DNA from: Setoptus koraiensis
Lineage: Eukaryota > Animalia > Arthropoda
Reading direction: 5' to 3'
Assembly: GCA_048013815.1 (NCBI GenBank)
Contig: CM106585.1
Span: 15,810,001-15,874,000 of the forward strand
DNA: 64,000 bases
Shown: in pieces, positions 38,564-49,054 of the stretch
Numbering within the stretch: the first letter of the stretch is position 1
How the letters are laid out: every line of letters starts with the position of its first letter
Program-made: the position numbers and the translations under genes
Notes under the pieces: model-generated
The model's database searches: none
What the model was told of the DNA's origin: nothing
Seen by the model: only the letters and a program-made list of their open reading frames with translations

Positions 38564-38817
38564 AAGAATTGTTGTTAATTATCAACTGCGAGCTTGCCAA
38601 CAAAAACAATACTTTCGCTTGTTGCTAATTGATTGAATCGCACACAATGATGGCATCTATCAAAGCGGCACTTGTCGCGTTTTATTTTTATTTTGTAGCG
38701 GGCTAAAACTGGCGGCTAATGCTCGCCGTCATCACAAACGAGACCACCGTTTGTTTGCTCCATCTGTGGGCCATACACCGTCTATAGACACTGTGCAATA
38801 GATGGCACTATAAATAA
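38564..38817 (+). promoter_or_regulatory. Conserved upstream module plus TATA-like box of A-type phosphatase genes; paralogous blocks at about 45238-45454, 48433-48677, 51916-52138 and 58601-58825
   Basis: TTGTTGTTAATTATCAACT..CGAGC, TACTTTCG(C/T)T(T/C)GTTGCTAATTGATTG and ATGCT(C/T)GCC(G/A)TCATCACAA-type segments recur upstream of the A copies (the middle segment is degraded in A2). TATAAATAA is at 38809, 45446 and 48669; TATAAG is at 52133 and 58820. Confidence 0.6.
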
Positions 38818-39192
38818 ATTCCACAAACGTATCCCATCGTCTGTCTAGACCCATGAGCTGCTTGTCTGACCATTGATACTATAAATACTACAAACAGACA
38901 CCACGAGAATGGTATCGAGGTATCGGGACAAGAGCATGAGTTTTCACAGCATGGAAACCAATATTCATATGTAATATATACATCGATACACATAGTGATT
39001 CTTACATATTCATACGGTTGTTGCTCCAAGGAATAAGCCGGATCAAATTTGCAAGCTTACCAGCTAGCACAACATAGACACATCGTAGAAATACAGACCA
39101 TTCTTATTCCCATAGAATATTCTTTACATTCCAGTCTCCGGATTCAATACATTGGTGAACGACAAACTTGTCCACTGTCTCGAACGACGACC

Positions 39193-41494
39193 ATGCATTA
39201 CATTCGGGCAACACTTTTGTCTGCCGTCGTCATCAGCTTTATATCGATAAGTCTGGTTGGCAGTAATCCCGATCCAGATACAGTTCCTATTGATGGCAGC
39301 TACGAGTCTCAAATTAGTGATGCTGCTACCGCCGCTAGTGGCCAATCCGACGACGAATTAAGTTTATTATTCCTAATCCATCGTCACGGTGATCGTAAGT
39401 ACAATTGATATGACCAATCTAGCTTGCCAGCTCCACTACGATGGCGCAACGACGGTATGCGGGTCTAACTGTCTGACTAGTTTTGTTGCTGCAACTGTTA
39501 TGCAACAGTTGCGAATGGCGCGAAACCGTGCATCACGATACATCGTTGATAGTTCGTGTGACCTACTGCAGTGATAGCTTATCACAATGACTTGTCGCAG
39601 ATGTGATCCTAATACATTGTTCATGTTTTCCAATATCCTTTCGCAATCGATAACATAAGGTGCTCCCATAAGCTACGCACCAAAAGACCCCTACGGTCCA
39701 ATTGCAGAGGGAATCTGGCGAAACGGGTGAGTGGGTTTTTTAGATTGGGTGATCATACAACTTGACAATGTTTGGCGACAATGTTTGTCAGAATGGCCAA
39801 ACGATGCCTTGCCATCCAATTGAGTCCTGCCCCGAATGCCTTGGCAGCAATCATCGGATTGATGCAGCTGTGATGCCCGGCGAAGTTGTTTGCCCAGGTC
39901 CGCTCACGTCCGTCGACTAGCGCGAATCAAATATCTCTCATTGAATTTGATTGTCATCATTTGATGCCATAATTAATTAGATAATAATATCACAATTGAT
40001 TATAATTCCTGGCGAATCTTTCAGGCTAGGCATGTTGACGAATGGCGGAAAGGATCGCATGTACAAATTAGGAAAATATCTCAGGCGACGTTATGCGGAT
40101 TTTCTGGGAACTCCTAATCCTCGTCAAGTTTACGCAAGAAGTTCAGACGTGCATCGTTGCATCGGTAAGTGTCACCCATTTTTGCTGACTTTTACAGTGA
40201 ACACTAACCAATCAGAGATGGCGCCACTGTCGAGAGCGAACATCCACGAGCAACGCACACTTGTTTACATCTTCTTGTATTGGTCAGCAAAAATATCTCG
40301 AAAAATACAGTCAGACGCGTAACCGCGACATAACTGGATTATTAGCATTAATAAACATTTCTCGAATATTCTCAACAACAACAAAAAATGTAGAAAGCGC
40401 CCAGCTTGTTTTAGCAGGTATGTACCCACCTGTAGGAGAGTCAGTTTGGAACAAGGACCTACCATGGCAGCCGATCGCCATTCACACCCGTCCATTTGAC
40501 GATGATCCTGTAAGTTTTGCATCTCTTGACGCGCAACTGAATCACTATGAGACCATGCGATGATTAGCAAGATTCTAATCACTATGATCCACTTAATTTA
40601 TCACGCCATGGTGGCATCGTTATTATGCCAACCTCGTAGATGCTCAACCCGGAGTCTTACTGCCCCGCTCGGCAGGATGAGTACGACCGGGAGTTCTTTT
40701 CGGAGGAGAATAGAAAGAAAGTGTATGGAGTGATGGAGGATGCAAAATCTCTGACAGAGAGACTCGCAGCCCAGTACGGAGTCAGTTTCGATGACTTGTA
40801 TCGCTACTACGATCTCAGCAGCACGCTCAATATTGAGAGCGAGTACAACCTGCCGCTACCCGATTGGGTTTCGGAAAATTTGGGCAAGTTGCACAGGATT
40901 GCGTACACAAGTGAATTGACCTGGACCAAAACCGATCGAATGAAGCGACTGTTCGCCGGTGTGGTGATAAACGATATAGTTGAAAAAATGAACGAGTATC
41001 GAGCACAACGGGATGGTATCGTGGATACGGACAGGGATGCCAGTGATCCTGTGAAGAAATGGGAATACAATTATAAATTGTTCGAATACGGCACACATGA
41101 TACAAACATTCATTCGATATTGAACACTTTGGGCGTGTATCAAACACAAGTACCCGAACTACCGTACTTTGGCACGAGTATTCTCGTTGAATTGCACCGA
41201 TCGAAACAGCGCCCAGACTATTCCGTTAAACTGTTTTATCTTGCTCAATCCAGGGACGAAGAAAAGGGTATGAGAGAGCTCACACTAACCGATTGCCTGA
41301 AAGAGGGCGATACTAAATGTAGTTTGGATGGATTTGCCAGTTACACAAAACCCATTCGATTGAATGAAGATGATTGGTTCCTAGAATGTAATAGGACATC
41401 CACTGCGGATGGCGCTGGTCCGCCAAAGAAGAGAAAAATATTCAAAAGCTTTTTGAAGGGAATTGTTTGCGGAGCAGGTGATAAATGCGAATGA
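39193..41494 (+). CDS. Histidine acid phosphatase (His_Phos_2, ACP2/PAP/venom-acid-phosphatase-like), copy A1, 459 aa; exons 39193-39394, 39660-39726, 40025-40164, 40394-40509, 40640-41494
   Basis: Signal peptide MHYIRATLLSAVVISFISISLVGS. The catalytic RHGDR is split by intron 1 (GAT C|gtaagt...ag|GT). HRC carries the PAP R79 equivalent and THDT is the proton-donor motif. All introns are GT-AG with consistent phases 1,2,1,0. No C-terminal TM segment. Confidence 0.93.
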
Positions 41495-42308
41495 GTTTCT
41501 CGCGAGATTAACCTCATTCACGGGTACGAGCCTTTCTAAAAAACTTCATCATTAAGCCTCTCTCCTGGTCGAGCTGACAAGGGAACATATGTTTCTTCGA
41601 ACCTAGGATACCACAATCTTATTAAGGGTTTTGTTGTGAGTCTCGAACTTGATGATAAAATTTTGCCCGGAAAATACCCGGTTACCGCAAAAATGAGTTT
41701 TAATTCCGCTTGCACAGGCACATATTGTGAGCCGGCGTAGCACCTTATCCAGGGCCTCTCCTCTGGGGTTCACCTTCATTCAAATAAATAGACAAAAGTC
41801 GGTCTTGGACTGGGATAAAACTTAAAACATGTGTTCCGGACTATCATATTTGGATTTATGTGTGTGTTTGTGTGAAGTTTCGCTAGAATCGGGCTTGGTA
41901 CGTGTTAAATACAACACCCCAATAGTTTTTAGAACAGGCGTTATGAATAGTATACGTAGGTATTAACAATTATTTTAACACGTTGGAATACAATCTATGA
42001 CTCAATCTTACCTTTTCATTGGTGAGCCGATCGAACACGAGGTCGTATAAGAGAGGCCCATCTTCCATATGATACGTACTGAGATAAGCTTTAACCCATG
42101 CCCTAATAAGGTCAATATCAACGAGCTCCATATCGATAAATTCGTTGAGAACGCGTAAGTATTTAGTAAAGGGTAGCTCGGTATTTGGTTTGGTGGCGGG
42201 TAGGGTCGGTGTGTGGTAGCTCTTGGACGTGGAAGTTCCCGTTGTAGATGACGAGTGCTTTCTCTTGCTACTGACGTTGCTTGGAGGGGACTGGGGCCTA
42301 TTCAGGGC

Positions 42309-43499
42309 CTATGTGTTAAGTTTCATCGAAATCGGAGTGTATCGTCTTTTTATTATTGACGAGACTAACAAATCGTCAACGTAAACTGCGATGATTGTGA
42401 ATTCACTTGTTGATTTTTGATAAAAAACGCATGGATCGTTTTTCAACTGGGTAAGTTTGTTGCTAACTAAGAAATTTGTAAAGCGCTGGTTCCATCGCTT
42501 TGGCGCTTGCTTAAGTCCATAAAGACTTTTCTTAAGGAGACATACAGCATTTCTGGCGCCGACATGAAAACCTTTTGGCTGTTGCATGAATATCGTCTCT
42601 TCCAAATTTCCATACAAAAAAGCGGTCTTTATGTCGTATTGTTTCAGAGTCATATGATATGCTGCTATAAGAGCTCTTGCATTGTCAAGAATCAGCAAAA
42701 CTCTCTCTTCATCCGCAACAAGCCGTTCGTTCCACTTTGACAGGAGCAGTTCAAATATGTCACGAGTGATGAATGTTGACTGATTCCAGTAGTAGTCCAG
42801 TGAGCTGCTGTGATCTCTCATGAACTGTCTCAGCCATCTTGGTTCCTCGTGTTTGCCAATGATGATAGGCTTCATCTTCTTGCCGGACCTGCTAACAAAG
42901 AATGCGATTGTTACCGCATCTTTATTCTTCTTCAAACCGTGTCGCTTGGTCCCTCTACGTGCGTAACTCCTGCTTGGCAAAAGTTTCCAGAATAATCTTG
43001 TCTCATAAAAATTGTATATTTCATCGTTCAGGTATTCATTCATCAGTGTAGGTATCTCTTCGGACTTAAATTTTTCAGCAGCTGCCTTATCAGCGGAATG
43101 CAATTCACCGCACAGTTGACCAGGAGTTATCTCATGTCTCCGTTGGAAATGCCTCCACCAGGTCTTAGACATCATCCTGTTCATGCCTTTGAGCTGACCA
43201 GCCTTTTCTCTTATAATCAAAGTATCGATAGGCATACCTTGGTTCACTTTGTCTTCAATGAATTCAAGCATTTTCGTATCATGGTCGATATCTATTTTCT
43301 CTTCACGCACCCTTGTCAACTTCCTATTATACTCCATAGATTTACCCAAATAATATTCTCTCTTTTGCAGAGTCCTTTGTATCTGCCGGATGCTAACACA
43401 AAATATTGATGCCAATATCCTCGTTGAATGATTTACTGACATATTAATTATCTTTTCTTTCTCGCCCAATGTTAGATTACGTCTTTTGGAGGAACGCAT
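42309..43499 (-). mobile_element. Chimeric TE ORF (396 aa): pogo/Tigger (CENP-B/TIGD-like) transposase N-terminus fused in frame to a Ty1/copia reverse-transcriptase core
   Basis: aa 1-125 contain two HTH regions (RRNLTLGEKEKII; IIREKA...SKTWWRHFQRRHEI). IYNFYETRLFWKLLP and RVLLILDNA are DDE_1 motifs. From about aa 277 the sequence is copia RVT_2: QYDIKTAFLYGNLEETIFMQQPKGF, LKKSLYGLKQAPKRW, DPCVF, AVYVDDLLV. Confidence 0.9.
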
Positions 43500-43595
43500 C
43501 TTGGAATAACAGCAAAATCTGAGGGAAACATCTTGGAATATTATCGAATTTTTGTCAAGTCATCACCAGAACACGCATCGTAAGAGAACAAAACT

Positions 43596-44466
43596 AGGGT
43601 GTTCTTGCGATTAGGTCCCCACTCAGATTTCGATGAAACTTCACACATGGGTCCCGTAGGGGCCCCATATCAGGGAATGAGTAGACCGGAAGCCAGGAAA
43701 CTTCCGGTTCCGGAGTTACCAAAAGATTGAGATAGAGCTTTGAAAATTCACAATCGGATAGATGACGCCTAGCGGAGCACGATGAAATCAAAATTAATCT
43801 TCTGCCACTTCCGGTTACCTAGATATAGCTGTTTAACGCAAAAAAGGGTGTGGCCGGGCCCTGTGCGGTCGCGATGAGCGGACCCATCCTGTGCCTCGTG
43901 CGCGCAACACCCTGTATCCATGTCTGTTTCGGTCATTTTAACCCTGAATATCAACGAATTAGTTGGTTCGTTCACTCTTCCCGCCTGCAGCTGTGTTTGG
44001 ATTGCAGTCATGTGAGCGGAGGGTAGAGGGCGCAGCCCGATACCCGAAGCGCTCATCAACCCTACCCGAAGGGTTCCCGTCGCACGCAGTCGTCGCGGGA
44101 GCGACGACGGAGATGTGACGGCCTCCAGAATACGAGGCCGCAGGCCGAGTTCTCAGACACACCGCATGTGCATCCCTGAGCGCAGCGAAGCAATAATTTG
44201 GTCACTTCCGGTATTCTAACCCCAGTAATATCTCTATATCTCGAAAACCGGAAGTCGCACAGAGCTGAGAATTATGTCATCGTGTTCAGCGTAGCTAGAA
44301 ACGTCTCTGTAGTGAATTTCAGAGCTCTAGCTTTAACTTTATGTAAAACCGGAACCGGAAGTTTCCTGGCTTCCGGACCACTTTTTTCGTCTTAGTTAGG
44401 TCAGAATAGACCTATACCGGAAGTTTCATCAAGATCCGGTTGGGGACCTAATCGCTAGAACAACCC
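43596..44466. mobile_element. Non-autonomous foldback/MITE-like element with ~235-bp imperfect inverted arms (about 43596-43830 and 44233-44466) and a hairpin-rich core
   Basis: Arms align as reverse complements, e.g. GCGATTAGGTCCCCA...GATGAAACTTC, and an exact 28-bp CCGGAAGCCAGGAAACTTCCGGTTCCGG at 43687-43714 versus 44349-44376. No ORF with homology and no target-site duplication was identified. Confidence 0.75.
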
Positions 44467-45776
44467 AAAACTATTGTTGAACCACGTGGAATCGAATTTG
44501 GCGCACACAAAAGTGCAAATCATCGGCGAAAATAAGCGAGAAACCATATGAAGCGACGTTTAGAGGGTAGCGACATTTGTTAGAGACACTTTACTGTAGT
44601 CAAGTCAATTCGAGTGTCATCGAAAAAGAGGTTTACCTTGTTAGTATCATCAAGTGATAGATGATACCCAGTCTTCTCTCTAGTAAAATATTTGATTGAA
44701 TAAAAAGCTCACAGTTGAATTTTATATTCGTTTGAAAAGTTGTCTACGTTTATACGCACCACACCTTATGTGCCATGATGTGGCTTGTATTTCCATTTAC
44801 ATCTACATCTCATGCTTATCGTTTGTATAGTGTTCACAAAAATTTACACAATGGTACATGCCTAAGTTATAGAAGTTATGAGTTTTCGTTTTCTTTTCAA
44901 CAATTTCTCGATGATTATATCACCGCGAAAGTCGAAATCAGCTGCACGAAAAATACGTGGAAGCTAGCGTATCCTCTTAAGTTCAAAAGTAAAACTATTT
45001 GCGGACACCCTTTATTAAGACTCTCTGCAACACCCCTTAGGGTATTGGCATTGGTCGGTTGTTTGGTTGTTCAGTTCTGTTGGGCGGAAGTGAGTCAATC
45101 GGCCATTGATCGGGCAACAATCAAACAATGGATATAAGAGAGAAAGAATTGGTGAAAAATTTGCGCTAGTCGCACGTGTTCAACCAATGAATATGGTTAA
45201 GTGTATAGAGACTTTTCGCGGCTTTTGTGAAGAAGGTGTTGTTGTTAATTATCAACTACGAGCCTTCAAACGGCATTAATACATTCGCTAGTTGATGGAT
45301 CTATCGGAACGGCAATTGGCGCTTTTAGTTTTTATTTGAAAGGGGCACCAAAACAATAGGATAATGCTCGCCATCATCACAAGCTCACCATTTGCTTGCT
45401 CCATCTATAGACCACAGACAGTCTACAAAAACGTAGAATAGGCACTATAAATAAGTTGCTCCAACGTATCCAATCGTCTAGACCCATGATATCGCATCGC
45501 CTGTCTAGACCCATGCGCTGCTTGTCTGACCATCGATACTAAAAATACTACAAATAGAGAGTAATGCGAGCATTGGGACAAGAGCCGTTTTCGGAGGGAC
45601 ATGTTTTCACTGCATGGATATCAATATTCGTAGTATACACGGTGACTTTCCAGTCTACAGCTGTTGTTTCTAGGAATAAGCCGGATCAGAAATCTAAGAG
45701 AATATTTCTCATGTTCCAGTCTCGGGATTCAATACAATTGTGAACAACAAACTTGTCCGCTGTCTCAAAGACGACC

Positions 45777-48023
45777 ATGCATTACATTCGAGCAACACTT
45801 TTGTCTGCCGTCGTCATCAGCTTTATATCAATAGGTCTGGTTGTCAGTGATCCCAATCCAGATACATTTCCTGACGATGGCAGCAGCGAGTTTCAAAGTG
45901 GCGGTCCCACCGCTGCAGGTAGCGACTCCGACGACGAATTAAGTTTATTATTCCTAATCCATCGTCACGGTGATCGTAAGTACAATTGATACGACCAATC
46001 TAGCTTGCCAGATCCACTAAGATGGCGCAACGATGGTATGCGGGTCTAACTGTCTGACTACTTTTGCCGCTGCAACTGTCATGCAACAGTTGCAAATGGC
46101 GCGAAACCGTGTATCACAATACACCATCGGCAGTTCGTGTGACCTACTGCAGTGGTTGCCTATCACAATCACCTGTCGCCAATTTGATACTTAAACCTGT
46201 CCATGTTTTACAATATCTTGTTGCAATCGATGATATCAGGTTCTCCGATAAGCTACGCCCCAAAAGACCCCTACGGACCGTATGCGGAGCAAATCTGGCC
46301 AACGGGGTGAGTGGGTTTTTGAGATTAGGTGATTTTCATGCAACTCGCTTTAGCAACCATGTTTGATTGGCCGAGAGATGCCGTGCCGTCAATTTGAGTC
46401 TTGCTTCGGAGGCCGTTGGGTAGCCACAATCGGATTGATGCGGTTGTGATGGCCGGCGGAATTGTTTGCCGGCTACTTTTTGCGCACGGTCTGCCTCCCG
46501 CTCGCATTCGTTGACTGGCGCGAATCAGATATATCTCTTCGACTTTGATTGTCCTTGTCATCGTTTGATGTCAATGCATTGAATAATAATTATATAATTA
46601 TAACCATCATGATTGGACAATGATTGTTTGAAATTTATGGTGAATCTTTTAGGCTAGGCCTGTTGACAAACAGAGGAAAGGATCGAATGTATAAATTGGG
46701 AAAATATCTCAGGCGACATTACGCGGATTTTCTGGGAACTCCTAATCCTCGTCAAGTTTACACGAGAAGTTCCAGCTACGATCGTTGTCTCGGTAAGTTG
46801 CAATCCGGATCTCTGCTTGAGTTTCGATTGGTCAGAAAAAAAATACGGTCAGATGTAATCTCAATCGCGCCAACATAACTGGATTGTCAACATTAACACC
46901 ATCTCTTTGATATATTCTCAAAAAATGTAGCCAGCGCTCAGCTTGTTTTGGCTGGTCTGTACCCACCTGTGGAAGGATTAGTTTGGAACGAGGAGCTACC
47001 ATGGCAGCCGGTTCCCGTACACGAAGATGATCCTGTAAGTTTGACGTCTCTCGATGTTCCCAATGAATCAATACAAGAAAAATGAGACAGATTCTTGATG
47101 AGGTACTAATCACAATGATCTACTTAATTTACTTAATCACCATGCCAATCTCATAGATGCTCAACCCGGGCGTGCCCCCTTCCTGTCCCGCACGAGAGGA
47201 AGACTACGAACGGGAGTTCACAGCAGAGGATACTAAAAAGAGAGTGTATGGAGTGATTGACGATGTAAAATCGTTGACAGAGAAACTCAGATCAGAGTAT
47301 GGAGTTGAATTTGATAACGTGTATGACTATGCCGATCTCAGAGGAACACTCCATATTGAGAAAGATTACAACCTTGCGCTACCCAATTGGGTCTTGGAAA
47401 GCTTGGACGATCTGGATAAGCTTTCTTACCACAGTGAATTGACGTTCACCAAAACCGATCGAATGAAGCGGCTGTTTGCGGGTGTGGTAATAAACGATAT
47501 AGTTGAAAAAATGAACGAGTATCGAGCACATCGGGATGGTATTGTCCATACAGAAACGGATGGCAGTGATCCTGTCAAGAATAAGCCTTGGGAATACAAT
47601 TATAAATTGTTTCATTACAGCTCTCACGATACAAACATTCATTCCATACTAGACACTCTTGGAGTGTATCAGAGCCAAGTACCCGAGGCACCCTACTTTG
47701 GTGCGACCATTCTCATTGAATTGCACCGATCGAAACATCGTCCAGACTATTCAGTTAAATTGTTGTATCTTGGCAATACCAGAGACGAAGACAAGAGTTT
47801 GAGAGAGCTCACACTGACCAATTGCCTCAAAGAGGGTGATACTACATGTAGTTTGGATGGATTTGCCAATTTCACAAAACCCCATCGAGTGAATGAAAAT
47901 GATTGGTCTCTAGAATGTCATGCATCCACTGCGAGTGACAATGGGCCATCAAAGCGAAAGAAATCATTGAAAACCTTTTTGAAGGGATTTGTTTGCGGAG
48001 CGGGCACCGAAAAGTGCTACTAG
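45777..48023 (+). CDS. Histidine acid phosphatase copy A2, 458 aa; exons 45777-45975, 46240-46306, 46653-46792, 46931-47034, 47157-48023
   Basis: Same five-exon structure as A1, with signal peptide, RHGDRSP, DRC and SHDT motifs; the frame is intact across the junctions. Confidence 0.93.
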
Positions 48024-49054
48024 GCGCCCTTACTTGCTTAGGCCCTCAGCCCGACCCCTCTTCTCCCATGAACCTCCCACCTACGCTTCATCCTCTTTAA
48101 AATAAATAAACAAAAGTCCATCTCGGACTGTCAACGCAGCGCATAGGTAGCATATCAGCTTACTGTATAATCTGAGCACCCCAACCTGGGAGGCTTATCT
48201 TGTAAATGTTGCGATCACACGTGTCGTACAGATTGTAGACAAAATGAATTCTTTGTAAATATGTCTCGGTGTAAACATTATGATATGACTAGAAATTGTG
48301 GTTATTCTCAGGCGAAACGACTATCAATTTGCAAGAAAATCGTACATCTCATTGTTGTGTGATTTACCGTTTACCATGTTGTTAGTCCGTATTGTGAGGT
48401 CCACATTGCCTTGTTATTGCCTTGCGCGATAAAAGAATTGTTGTTAATTATCAATTACGAGCCTCCCAACTGCAACAACACTTTCGCTTGTTGCTAATTG
48501 ATTGTATCGAACACAATGATGGGGTCTATCAACAATTTGCACTTTTTTTTATTTTTGTTTTATAGTGGCACCAAAGCGAGAGGATAATGCTTGCCGTCAT
48601 CACAAGCTTACCATTTGATTGCTCCGTCTATGGACCACAGGCAATCTACAGAAACATAGAATAGGGACTATAAATAAGTTGCTACATCGTGTCCCATCGG
48701 CGGTCTAGACCAATGATCTGTTTGTCTGACCAATGATACTATAAATACTACAAATAGACGAGAATGGCATGCAAGTACTGGGATGAGAGCCGTTTCAAAG
48801 AGATATGTTTCTCGGCATGAAACCAATATTCGTAATATATATAGTGATGCATATAGTGATTCTTATATATTCATACGGTTGTTGTTTCAAGGAATAAGCC
48901 GGATCAAATCTCCAAGCGTTAACAGCCATAACAACATAGACAGATCGTAGAAATAGAAAGCATTTATATCACCATAGAATATTCTTTATATTCCAGTCAC
49001 CGGATTCAGTACAATTGTGATTGACGAACTTGTCCACTGTCTCGAACGACGACT

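Noticed and set aside
44480-45045. Probable additional TE remnant
   Set aside because: Not paralogous to the phosphatase unit, but no termini, TSD or coding homology could be defined.
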